From the NCBI GenBank assembly GCA_026026165.1, contig JAPEUD010000122.1, forward strand, positions 1 through 32,907: a stretch of DNA of 32,907 bases. The letters are read 5' to 3'. Positions 12,711-24,600 of this stretch are shown one piece after another. Within the stretch, counting starts at the first letter, position 1; every line of letters begins with the position of its first letter. The notes beneath the pieces were generated by a model, which saw nothing but the letters and a program-made list of their open reading frames with translations, made no database searches and had not been told where the DNA came from. The position numbers were made by a program, and so were the translations under genes. This DNA comes from Sarea resinae. Its lineage: Eukaryota.

Positions 12711-14593
12711 ATGGCCACACCGCAGATAGCACGCCTAGCGACGAGAAAATATGCATCTTCGGCCCTTTTATTAGACAACATGAATTCGACCTCGGCGCAC
12801 GCCTTTGCGCGCTCACAGCTAGTATACCGACGACGAAACAACTCCATCCGCAACTTCAACTCCACTCGCCACCAGCAGCAAGAACAGAGGAAGCGATCAT
12901 CCTCATTCAGATCACGATTACGCATCGCTTTGAAAAACACAAAGGTGGAATGGTATCAGATACCCGTGGGTCTGGGCATTGGTTTTCTGGGTCTGGCGCA
13001 GCTCTACAAGATCCAACAGAGGGACAAGAGCAATGAGGACGACGAAGATAGACGCTCGATCAGCTCAGGGGGTTCTGACGATCAAGGGGAAGGGCGCCCG
13101 AAGAAGAGAGAAAGGATACGACCGAGTGGTCCTTGGTATGGCCCGCAAATCCTGTTGTTCTGATATGTATTAACGCTCTCTTTCCGTGCCCCAGGCAGGT
13201 CCAGATCATGTCAACGTTGCCCCTGAAGGCGCTCTCTCGACTTTGGGGCCGTTTCAACGAGCTCGAAATCCCCTATTATCTCCGCGTTCCTGGCTTCCGA
13301 TTATACTCCTGGGTCTTCGGTGTCAAGTACGTCTAGACCCTACCCATTACTTATCTCATCTCCAGTACACATCTCACACTGACCGCCCACCTCGCCAGTC
13401 TCTCCGAAGTGGCGGAACCCGACCTCCACAGCTATCCCAACCTCGCCTCCTTCTTCTACCGCACGCTCAAACCAGGCTCACGCCCACTCGACCCTAATCC
13501 CAATGCCATCCTCTCCCCAGCCGATGGTCGCATTCTGCAATACGGCATCATCGAGAAGGGCGAAGTGGAGCAAGTCAAAGGGATGACGTACAGCCTAGAC
13601 GCGCTTCTGGGCGCCCAACCACCCTCTCCGGCCCCAGCACCTCCCGGTAGTAATTTCTGGGCGCCCAACGACGCACCGCCACCTGGCACGGCCCCCCATC
13701 ATCGCTCCCGTGTCGGCGACGAAGAAATCATCCATTCCGACGAGGAGTTCGCCCGCGTGAACGGCATCTCGTACACCTTGCCCAGTCTCCTATCAGGCGG
13801 CCCGGCATCATCATCATCCCCCTCCACATCGTCCCAAAACACCAGCGCCACTGATACCAAAGCCACCGACGCATCGACCACCCCTTCGTCGACCTCCGAG
13901 ACCGCCGTCCGCCGCGACCTCTCTCTGGGCGAATACAGCGCGCCATGGTACACGCCCTCGGCCACGGCCTCCCGCCCCTCCAGCCTGCACTACGCCGTGA
14001 TCTACCTAGCGCCCGGCGACTACCACCGATTCCACAGCCCCTGCGCCTGGGTGGTTTCCTCACGGCGGCACTTCGCGGGGGAGCTCTACTCGGTCTCGCC
14101 ATACCTGCAACGCACGCTGCCGGGCCTCTTCACGCTGAACGAGCGCGTGGTGCTGCTGGGCCGGTGGCGCTGGGGCTTCTTCAGCCTGACGCCCGTCGGC
14201 GCCACCAATGTCGGCAGCATCAAGATCAACTTCGACCGCGAGCTGCGCACCAACAGCCTTACCACGGACACCGAGGCCGACCGCGCCGCCGAGGCCGCCG
14301 CCAACCGCGGCGATTCCTGGGCTGGCTACGTCGAGGCGACGTATGCGGGCGCTAGTCGCGTGCTCGGTGGCTTCGCCCTCCGGCGCGGCGAGGAGATGGG
14401 CGGGTTTCAGTTGGGCAGTACCGTCGTGCTGGTTTTCGAGGCGCCGGTTGGTGCGGCTTCGCCTGACGCGGGCTCCGTCGGCGATGGGGCGAAGGAGAGC
14501 AAGCCGGCGGCGGCCGCGGGCTGGAAGTGGGTCGTCGAGCGTGGACAACGGGTCAAGGTGGGCGAGGCGCTCGGCGTCGTTGTTGATGAGTGA
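12711..14593 (+). CDS. PSD1: Mitochondrial phosphatidylserine decarboxylase proenzyme, about 583 aa
   Basis: Exons 12711-13135, 13195-13326, 13399-14593 join in frame. Arg-rich presequence and TM (IPVGLGIGFLG); motifs STLPLKALSRLWG, FFYRTLKPG, SPADG, YLAPGDYHRFHSP, NERVVLLG, VGATNVGSI and the LGST pyruvoyl autocleavage site. Confidence 0.96.
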
Positions 14594-15783
14594 GCGAGTG
14601 AGTGAACCGGTCAGTCGACCTCAGGCGCTATCATCCCTTCCTCCCACCCTTCCTTTCTTTCCATCTAGACCTTGACATGGATGCCCAACGACTTCTCCAG
14701 CGTCACGCTCACATCTCTCCGTCCAACGAACTAGACATCCACATCTACATACCCATACACACACACATCCACGCAAACACAGTCACGTACACACACGCAC
14801 ACAGCCGAGCACTCTATAGCTCTACAGCCCTACCTGTAAATAACATACCGTACTATACTATACTGTACATAGAATCCCAGAAAGCAACGGCCCGCAACGG
14901 CCGCATACCCTCCCCGGGTGTTGTTTTGTAGACATCTCCCTCTCCCTCTCTCTCCCTCTATCTCTCTATCTCTCTCTTTTACTTTCTCCCTCTCTCTCTA
15001 TATATAGAAAAATGTGTGTATGATATATATATATGACATTCATACTCTTTCTATACTAATCTTCTACCGTTGATCCCCTACCTACCTACCTACCTACTCT
15101 CTTGTATACTATCTTTCCATATATTCTCCCTTCCCCTCTACCTATCTATCTATCTATCTCTCCCTCTATCTATCTCTCGCTCGTTTTCCTGTTTCTAGAC
15201 CCCCAATCCCGCGTAAAAGACCAAAGGGAAGAAAAAAAAAGAAGAAGGAAAAAAAAGATAAACAGCATAAAAGGGGAAAATGAAGGGGAAAACAGCTTCT
15301 GGGTTTTAAAAGGCCCCTGACTCTGCCCGTCTGTGGCGGACGGACGGTGTCAGTGCAGGGATGGAACCCCCGGGCCGGGGGGATTCTGGCTGTCGTGGGG
15401 AAGAGAAACAAGGGGGGGGGGGAATGCATGGGTGATGTGATAGAGGCCGTGCGGGTAAAGACGTAGGAGAGGAAGCGGAGGATGACGGGGGATGAGGAGG
15501 TGGACGACGAGAAGGATAGGGAAGGATGTAGGTGGAAGAGTTTGACTGCGTATTGCAGAGTCACGAATCAATGGAAAGGAGGACAGACGGACTGACCACA
15601 ACTTACCACAAGCAACATCCCACGAGTAGAGGCCAAAGCGAAATAGGGGCAGGGGGAAATCAACGACTGAGAACAGAAGTAAAGACCGTAAAAGTGGAAG
15701 AACACCCTGATGATCCCAGACCATACTGGTACATATGCAACAAGTTTCGCACCGCCAGCTTCATGCTTCCTTCTCGGATTATA

Positions 15784-17040
15784 TCATAGTCTCGATCCCG
15801 AAGACGAACCATCAGATGTGTCATCGGTGCCACTGCCCTTCCTGCCGCCTTTCTTGTGCCCCTCGACCACGACGCCCAGTTCTGTGCCCGCATCCAGCCC
15901 GAGAGCCTCGGATGGGTGTTTCGGCGGCGCAAACGACTCGTCGCCGGAGAAACGCCATCCTCTCTCTTCGCCGCCGGAAAGAAAACTGCAATCGCCGTTA
16001 ATGATACAATCCCAGCCACCACCGACGCCGTTCCCGTCACGCCAATGGATCGTCTCTTTGGCGACTTGAGCCGCCTTCTCGGCATCGACGCTGTCGTTTC
16101 CAGGTGCCTCGACGGGTCCGCCCGGCCGTCTTCGTACGAATTTACTCAGACTGCAAGTAAAAGGACGGAAGTCCTCGGCTTCGACTGAGTCGGGCATGCG
16201 GCCTGTGAGGACTCTGCCGATGGCGATGAGCGGCGCCGCGTGCGTGCATAGGAGAACGGCTTTTGGGCCCGCGGGGTCGGAGTCCAGCTCGTGGATCATC
16301 TGGGTCAGGGCGTAGGCGACTCGGTCGTGCATGCCCGGGATGGTTTCGCCGGCGGAGGAGGGGATGATATGAGGTTTATAGGTCAAGGAGTAGGAGGGGA
16401 AGAAGGAGTGCAGAACTGATGGGGAGGCGGGGGACGGGTGGTCGAAGCGGGCTGTGCCGTACCATTCTCTGGTTTTTTTTGGATGATCAGCGACCATGCT
16501 TCTTCTTTTCGATCATCGCGATCTTCAGATCAATCGAATACATACCCGATACCGTTCTCCCCTCTAATGTCGCCCACCCCCTTTCCTGCCTCGGCCAGTT
16601 TTCGCACACTCGGATCGATCGTCTCGATACATCTATAGAAGGGCGAAGAGTAGACTCTCTCGACAGGCGGATCTAGGGTGACGACGTGGTCGGCTAGTTG
16701 GCGCGCCTGGTCGACGCCGTAGCTCGCGAGGGCGGGATCGGCGGCGATTCCTGTAGGGGAGCGGATCGTGCTGTTATATGTGCCAGTCTCTGGATCGACG
16801 ACCCAATTGGAGCGGAACTAGCATCCTCTGTCAGTCTTAACCAAACCACCTTTGATGACGGCTTTTGAGGGTGCATTGCAGCCAAACGCATATACATGCG
16901 CGCTTGCAAGGTGGCGGTGGATAACGCAGCAGGTGAAGCGGACATGGCGAGGTCCACTGACGGGGGAGACACGATATCAGAATAGCAGTAAAGGAACGAC
17001 TCACACCATGCCTGGTCACATAGATGACCTCTAAGACCAT
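15784..17040 (-). CDS. Histidine phosphatase / phosphoglycerate-mutase family protein (TFIIIC tau55-like), about 330 aa
   Basis: Exons 17040-17005, 16817-16546, 16468-15784. Motifs IYVTRHG|FRSNW, DPALASYGVDQA, YSSPFYRCIETI, GIGEWYG, LLCTHAA, NGDCSFLSGGEERGW. Confidence 0.88.
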
Positions 17041-17627
17041 GCCTGCGACGACTCGTGGCGGTTGATGCACACGGTTTGGGGATGTGGAGAGGGAGGGGCT
17101 GAATCTGATGCCGCTCTGACGCCCCAGACGACAGGCGAGGTCGATGATGATTCTGCAAGGCGGTGAACTTCGCTCGTTCCTGGGGATCGCCTCCGCTCGC
17201 CTCACTACTTTAGTGTACTCTCTCCAACTTTCTCCACCTCTGTCTCCTCTCTTTTTCTTATGAGTGCAGTTCATATGAGGCATTTACGACGATGTTTCAC
17301 TTGGGCTGAGTTCCGGGTCAGATCGGGAGCACGACTGGCTAGCCAGGAAGGGGGTCAGCTGCTTGCAAGGCGTCTATCGTTGGCATTCCGACTCCCTAGG
17401 TAGCTGTTGAAAAAGAAACCGACGAGCGATTGCCATCACCATCACCAACTCAGCAAAGTGAGAAACACTAGTAGCAATGAACCTTTGAGCACATTTTCTT
17501 CACAGGCTTTTGATTGTTTGTCGATCGTGTCATGTCAGACATTATCTACATTTCCTAATATCCTGACACAACTGCCCAACGCAGGCGCGCGCGGCGGGAT
17601 ATAGAGGCATCAGGCAGGCAAACAAAT

Positions 17628-18265
17628 CTAGTAGAAGAAACCGATGATCTTTCCAGCCACGTGTTTCCGTCGGGCCTCCTCGTGGTCCATGATACCCGCC
17701 GAGGTGGTGAGGACGATGTAACCGAATTGACGCGATGGCAGAAGCTTGACGACCCACTTCTCGAGATCCGCAAGGCGGACGTTGAAGCGGGGGGAGATGA
17801 CACCGGTCTTGTTGAGGCTGTTTCGACGTCAGAACACTGCTTCACTGTCGAGGGAACAAAGATCTTACCGTCCGTTGAGCTGGATGACAATCTTGCCGTT
17901 TCGGTGGTCATCGACCTCCTCGAACTCGCCAATGTAGCCTGGGCAGAAAAAGTCAGTCATGTCGCGACAATTTAAACGTTGTACATCAGGGAAACATCAG
18001 AGAACGTGTAAGATCCTCGCTGAGATGATATTCCGGATACTTAAAAGGCAAGGGTCGTGGAGTTATGTTTTATTGAGACCATTGTCTAGTTATCAACCCG
18101 GGTGAAGACAAAACAAAAAACCTATAGCTTACCATGCTTCTGCATAACGTGCAGGAACTTGACGATGACCTTCGAGCTGGGTCTGATCAAGACCTGTCGC
18201 TTTCCGGACTTCTCGGCGTTGTTGATGGCGTTGAGCGCATCGTTCAGGACACTGGTCTTGACCAT
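17628..18265 (-). CDS. RPS22: 40S ribosomal protein uS8 (S22/S15a), 130 aa
   Basis: Exons 18265-18133, 17938-17869, 17817-17628 give [100 protein letters not shown]. Missed by the ORF track. Confidence 0.98.
17957..18103 (-). ncRNA. SNR44: Intronic H/ACA snoRNA, snR44-like
   Basis: Inside the 194-nt RPS22 intron: hairpin CCGGG..TCCGG, H box ATATCA, second hairpin, ACA just upstream of the branch point. Pocket pairs GATAACT/TTTAA and TCTTACA/TTTAAA complement 18S UUAAA-UC-AGUUAUC and 25S UUUAAA-UA-UGUAAGA (rRNA sequences recalled). Yeast snR44 lies in an RPS22B intron. Confidence 0.85.
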
Positions 18266-18316
18266 TGTGACGGTAGGGAATCGAGATTCTCAAATCGGCG
18301 TACGGATATGAGGTAT

Positions 18317-18507
18317 CTAGAGAAGTGGCATGTTAGCCCTAGGGAGCCTTAAGCCAAAGAGTGCCCTTGGGATTCAAGGGTTCTTCAGCTTATTCCGCGA
18401 AGAGAACAGCGTATCGCCGCGAGACCGTGGACGGAATCATGGCGATGGCCGACCCTGGCTGCCGAAGGGCACTCCGAAGAAACGATCACGGCATGGAGAA
18501 ACTTTAC
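18317..18507 (-). other. Putative 5'UTR intron of RPS22
   Basis: Strong branch/acceptor GCTAACatgccacttctcTAG ending at 18317, 51 nt upstream of the ATG. Candidate donor GAG|GTAAAG at 18507; GTGAGC at 18670 is an alternative. Confidence 0.65.
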
Positions 18508-18683
18508 CTCGAAAGTCCTGAGGGCGGGAATTGGGTATTAGAGCGAAGTTGAGGCGTTGAATTCGTGATTCGCAAAAGTCAGTCGGTCTGCTGCCCTGGG
18601 TTGCGCGGTGGGCACTAAGCGAGAACGCCAAGCCATGAACGTTGCCCGGACTCTTAGGGTTTTCGCTCACTTTTGCCCTGATA

Positions 18684-18749
18684 CAAGTCAGAGGTACCTC
18701 TGTCTTGATATACCTATCCGATCTTATCTCTAATCGATAAGATCGATAG
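18684..18749. promoter_or_regulatory. Two adjacent inverted repeats, one with paired GATAAG sites, in the RPS22/LysM divergent promoter
   Basis: Perfect palindrome CAGAGGTACCTCTG (18689-18702); CGATCTTATC (18719-18728) and GATAAGATCG (18736-18745). Function is inferred. Confidence 0.4.
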
Positions 18750-18914
18750 CGTCATTGCCACCATCCACACCACGAGTATCTGTCGATGCTGTCGTTCACC
18801 TCCTTAGGACATAGAGACCCTTTTCATCGTGACTGCTGATAGCTTCAACATTTTCATCCCCTCCGGAATCATCGTATCTATATCATTTTTGGCCTGTCTG
18901 TCCTGTGCACTATC

Positions 18915-19999
18915 ATGGCTGAATGCTGCTGCACCTGTGCAACTCTCCTCTCAACGACCCCGCCATTATATGACGATTCCAAGACACCGCCATCACTGCC
19001 CGCCCATCGCTCCGAATGCTGCGGCCGAGTGATCTGCAACAGATGTATAGAGGTATGATTTTCGCCCAAGTTTCTAGCTTCTCTGTCTTCGATCGTCTAC
19101 TAAGTTGTTCCCGTCATCAGACAAATCCCCGCTTTGAAACTTACTGCAAGTGTCCCCCACCAAGCCACCGTCACATCACCACCCCTAACAAATCCAGGTC
19201 CATTCTGCCAAATATCCAGTAAACCGACCTCCCTCCCTCAAGGTGGCCTGCGAGACCCTCCCGCCTACTCTCCGCCTCCATCTCCACGACCCGCCCACGC
19301 CGTCCTCGCCTCACCCGTGCCACCGGAAGAAGCAGACCCGAACGCCTCCCCGCCAGCATACTCCAGCGTCGACCCAGAAACTGACGCCCGACATAAGAAG
19401 CAAACAAAAGCCTATCCGCCCTCAACGCCCTCCGGGCCTTCAGACGCCCCGGCAGAGGACGTCCTCCACTTTGTCGACCCAGCCCATGATACCATCGCCT
19501 CCCTCTCTCTCCGCTACGGCGTGCCTGCACGCGAGCTCCGCCGCACCAACGCCCTCTACGCAGACCACCTTCTCCCCGCGCGTCGCACGATTCTCATCCC
19601 AGGTGCATTCTACAAAGGCGGCGTGAGTCTGAGCCCGAGACCACCCGAGGGTGAAGAGGAAGAGGCGCGAAAGGGTAATATTAGGAAATGGATGGTCGCA
19701 TGTAAAGTTGCCGAGTACGTCGCGGAAGGATATCCTCCTATTGAATGTTGTCTATCAATGGTGCTGACTAGTCGGATGGTCACAGGTACGACATCGCACT
19801 CCTCTACCTCCAGCAAACCTCCCCCCCTTACGATCTCGACGCCGCAATCGCTGCCTACAAAGCCGACGAGAAATGGGAGAAAGATCACCCTCTTGCTTCC
19901 ACGACTACCCAAAAAGGGAAAATGGACCCGAGCTCGAAAGCCAAACCCAAGCGACGGAGTCTGTGGGGTTCCAGTGGCGGATTGACCGGTCAATTGTGA
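18915..19999 (+). CDS. Cys-rich (RING-like) N-terminus plus LysM domain protein, about 297 aa
   Basis: Exons 18915-19052, 19121-19145, 19198-19714, 19786-19999; intron 2 is GC-AG. CCTC..CCGRVICNRC..YCPFC; LysM-like LHFVDPAHDTIASLSLRYGVPARELRRTNAL..ILIP; C-terminal YDIALLYL..YDLDAAIAAYKADEKWE. Confidence 0.88.
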
Positions 20000-20779
20000 T
20001 AGTGGTAATTAAGCAAAAGGAAGGGAGGGATGCCACCCATCAGTTCTTCGATCTGAGCTCTCAATCCAACCCACCAACACCTCCTATCTCACCTGCGCCA
20101 TTAAAAATCTCGACCATTGTTTTCGAAGCCGTCCCTTTTTTCGACAAGGACAAAAGAGAAGGACGCCCACATGGCTCCAAACGAGGCGTAAACCAAACCG
20201 AACCACGACACAATCGCCAGACCGAACATAACCCCTTTAACCGCAAACAAACCCAAGATCCAGAGTCCCAAAACCAGACTAAGGAGCCAGACATAAAAGC
20301 CTCTTTCTCTCTCATCACCGAAACCACAGCCACAGACATCTGAGACCCTTGGGATCTTCCCTCACCCACTTCCCTCCGTCCGCGTCTCTTGGCGCGAAAG
20401 AAGATAGCTATATAAACGGACTCCTCGGACACCGTTATCTGTGTATCGGACATCAAGCGGTATCAAAGTCCCGAGATACAGATACAGAAATGCCGTCTGG
20501 CATGGGATCCGGGACCACGGTTGTCAAGGGGTTTCAAGGGCTTTGATGGCGTGGGCGTGGGCGTGGCTTATTAGGAGCCGTCTACCGCATATAGCAGAAC
20601 GTCCATACATACATACATACAAACGTACATTGCGTAGGCAGCATATCACAATCTACAGATTTCCACCCCACCTACCTGCCACACGAGGTCGGGTCTACTA
20701 CGTACATGCCCACCCCTCCAGCTTAGTTTCAAAATTCCATCATTCATCAATTCAAACATCGTCATCTCCATTCCCTCTT

Positions 20780-20784
20780 TGACT

Positions 20785-20815
<31 letters not shown>

Positions 20816-21250
20816 TCCTCAGTGGGCAAACGCACAATGAGCATCATCATCACGGCACGGCACGGCACGGCACGGGACGGGAGAAAGGTATTGTATGTCG
20901 CTGAATTGGCCGTTTTGGGGGTTTCGGGGCTTTGGCATCTCTCGTTGCTTGTTTGCTTGCGCGCTTGCTTGCTCTGGAGAGCGAGAGATGGAAAGCGAGA
21001 AATGGAAAGCGAGAGGAAGTGACCCAAGATGGGGAAGAAAGGAAAAGGAAAGGAAAGGACACGAAAGGAAACGAAACGAAACGAAACGAACGAACATGCC
21101 AGGAAAAGAAAAGAGGAGGCCGTGAAATGGGACTTGATGCGGATGAACGCGGCGGCGGGGTGACTTGATGTGATGTGATATAAGATGGAGATGGTGCGGT
21201 AGAGGAAAACACAACGGATGGATGGATGGATGGATGGATGGATGGATGGA
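20780..21250. repeat. Cluster of short microsatellites (TTTC, CACGG, GAAAC, GGAT) between convergent genes
   Basis: Read directly, e.g. (GATG)n at about 21217-21250 and (GAAAC)n at about 21069-21088. Confidence 0.85.
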
Positions 21251-21660
21251 GTGAGTGGGGTTGTCTGATGGGTGGGATGGGGATGCGAAGAGGGGAGATG
21301 GGGATGGTGAAGGAGATGAGGATGGAGGAGATGGGGATGATGGATAGGAGGTGGTGGGACGAGAGGAGACGGAGTTGGGGGGAGAGGAGTCAGCCAATTG
21401 GATTGGGCTGGGAAGACTGAGCTGAGTGGCTTTGTGAGAGGGGAGAAGGAGTGCGAAGTTGGGGTAGATAGGTGTGAGTGGGGAGAAGAGGGTGAGTCGA
21501 ATGGGAGATGTGGGCGTGCGTTCCTGTTCTTTCTCTTCTCTCCCCCACTCGTCTTTCTCTCATATCTCCTGTTCCTCCCATGTTACACACCACAGACCAC
21601 AAACATCCATCATTTTATTCCCGTCTCTTTCCCCTTTCCGTGATCCTCTGCCACATGTCC

Positions 21661-24600
21661 CTATCGCTCCACGACCTTGACCTCCGCTCTCACGGCCTCG
21701 GGTAATTCATCCGCCCCGATCACTCCCAGCGCCAAGACGTCGCCCCAGAAAAACATGGCCCGTTCATGCGCATAGGCGAGGTAGTCGAATTCGTCTTCGT
21801 CCTCGTCCTGCGGTGCGGCAGTAGTGGCGGATGTGGGATCGACGGCTGTGGCAGTGGGAGAAGCCTCGGGACGTTTAGCGTCGAGGTCTGCGAGCGCTGC
21901 TTTGGTCTCTGGAGATAGCGGATCTGATCCTGGTACTGGAACGGGGGCTAATGAGGGAGTGGTATCATTATCGTCGTTGGACTTGACCGCCGACTTATCG
22001 CCCTCTTCTTCGTTTGCCATGCCCGGAAGCTTGGCCTGCATGATCCCCCAGGCGACCCACTGCGCTGAGTTCGCGGCACGCCACCAGCGCAACTCCTCCA
22101 CGAGTCTCTCAACCTCCTTCTCTGTCACTAGTTCCGCGGCTCGTTCTTCTTCGTCGAGGAGCTGTAGCTGGCTGGTGGAGGGACCGCGCGAGTCCAGCAT
22201 GAATGAGGAGATGGTACTAGAGGGCCCGGCCGTGGGCGTCATGAGAGGCGTGCGAGGGTGGTAGTGCGGACGGTGCTGGATGTAGGCGCGAAGGAAACGT
22301 CGTTGTTCTTCTAAGGAAGGGTAGGCGGAAGTGTTGAGCGCGTGTGGCGTGCTGGCGTCGTGGTAGTTATAGCACCACTCTGTCTGTTGGTGTATGTGAG
22401 TTTTGGTAGGCTTTTTGTTTTCGCACTGGGTTGCTTACAAAGTGATTTGCGAATTCTAGCGCTGGAAGGTTCGCTGACGCGTATTCAAAGTCGATAACAA
22501 TCAACTGTTTATGTTTGTTTGCTGGTAGGAGTAGGGGCGATTCTCCGCTTGGCTCGAGACGGAGGATATTGCCGTATTGAGTCTTCTCATCTTAGCCTTG
22601 ATCCCGAATTGAACGTAAAAAGTTACTACTCACGTCGTTGTGCGCAAATACTAGTTGTTGTCTGACACCAGCAGGCCCGCCGTATTGATCGTCGAGCCAC
22701 TTTCGATACCGTCCAACTGCACGACAGAAGAGAGGCCACTCTACACCACAGACAAAGGCTCGATTTTCCCACCCTTTCTCGCCTGACAAGGTTTGCTTGT
22801 CGATGTACGAAGTAATCTGTCCGCATCTCTCGACCCACTTGTCCCAATTTCTCCATACGAAAGCCCCGGCATCGCGCTCTTCTTCCAAGAGCTCAATGCC
22901 GTCGTGAAGCTCCCTCATTCTTTTGGCGATCTGCTTGGACGTCTCGGGAACGCGGAGGTCCTCTGGCGTCAAGGTCTTCGCATGGAAGAACTCTTCGAAC
23001 CTGCCGTTGGTGAAAGTCCCGAGGAGACGAGGGCCGATTTTCTTCTTCGCCAGTCGCTCAAGAATTTGCAGTTCGCTCTCCCGGTCAATCAAGTGCTCGA
23101 CCTGCGGACCGTAGATGCGCAATAATAACTTCCTGTATTTGATTAGTATGGCCTTTCTAGAACAATGATAGAACTCACGGTGGTGGCTTCACTGGTTTTG
23201 CAATACCATTACTGTCTGTTGTGTCCGAAGGCGGTAATGGTAGATTCCTTGGCGGCGACACAACGTACACTGCGTTAGTCAAAGCTCCGCTCAATCGCTC
23301 GACGTCAATTTCACTACCCCGATTCAAAGGAACCCTTCTCCACCCTTTCAATCGAAGAGTATGGGCTAAGCGTAGGATTTCGTTCTTGAAAGTGTTCCAG
23401 GCCTCGCGCTCCTTAGTAGCACGTTTACCGGTGTTTGGTAGGCTCACATCTGACTCACTTCCACCGCTGTAGGCAAGCGTCTTCGAATTGTCAAGTACTG
23501 CCTCACAGCTGGGGACCAGCAGATCACCATCCTGGTATTCATTATCCGAAGAAGCTGCTGTGGATGGTCGCTGAAGGTGGCGGATTGAAGGGCGCCGATG
23601 ATGATGATAGGAAGCGCCTTTATTTCCAGGCGGAGGTCGCGTGCGTTTTTCATGGTTTAACGACATATTCTGTTCCAAAATCTTTTCCAATTTCCGAAGA
23701 GCGTCATCTTCGTCCGACGATTCTGACGGACTCCTTGGCGCCGTATCTTGCGGAACAGTCTCTTCTGTTGAAGCGATTTTCTGCGATCCCGCCCCTTCCA
23801 TCTTCGACTCAGCCGCGCGCTGCTTTCGCCTGGTCTTTCGCGCAGCCCTGTGCGCTTTCTCTCCCTCTAGCCACTCCGCAACTTGAGTCAAGAAGCCACT
23901 GTACGACTGGCGGCTCTTATTGGTCCGGTCGGTGTCATCTTCTTCGGATTGATCCCAATCAGCTTTAGGAATTGACGAGGTGCTTTGGTTCGCAAGAGCA
24001 TGCAACATGGGACTAATTGCTTCGACGGACGCACGTCCGGAGAGCCGCTTAGCAACGTTCGCGCGATGCTGTTTGGGGACGCGTGACTGGAAAAACTCCT
24101 CGCTCTCTTCTCCCGGCCGTGCTGGCCGCATCCTGGGAGAGATGCTTTCTGGTTCCGCAATCGATACAGCTGTGGCAAAGAACGATGAGTAAAGTTTAGT
24201 ACTTGGCTCCACCCGAACTGATTCATTCATAACTTGCGCCTGCTATAAGGAGATAAATAGACCCTAAGCCAGGGGTATAGTATCGAAAAGGTAACTGCTA
24301 CTAAGGTATTGCTTGAGAGGTAAAGAGGGGGCCTCGGCCGGATGCGTGCTCTAGCGGCATAGAGCCTCTCGTTGTAGCGCGTCCGATCCGAACAAATAAG
24401 AATAGAGATCAAACGAAACAGGAAGACAAATTACTCGAGGTTCTGAATTTATGTGCGCATCATAAAGGTTTCTTGCAACGGCCAGTAAAAAGACGAAGGA
24501 TATGGAATTCTCAAACAGTACATAAAATAAAGTTGAAACAGAGCAGCCGGCGGGGCAAAATAATCATGAAACCAAAAACATAGACTCCTGGAGTTTTCAC

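Noticed and set aside
17555..18352. ORFs listed over the RPS22 locus
   Set aside because: Antisense or off-frame shadows of the spliced RPS22 CDS.
20061..21705. Many short ORFs between the LysM gene and choline kinase
   Set aside because: Derived from microsatellites in convergent 3' regions.
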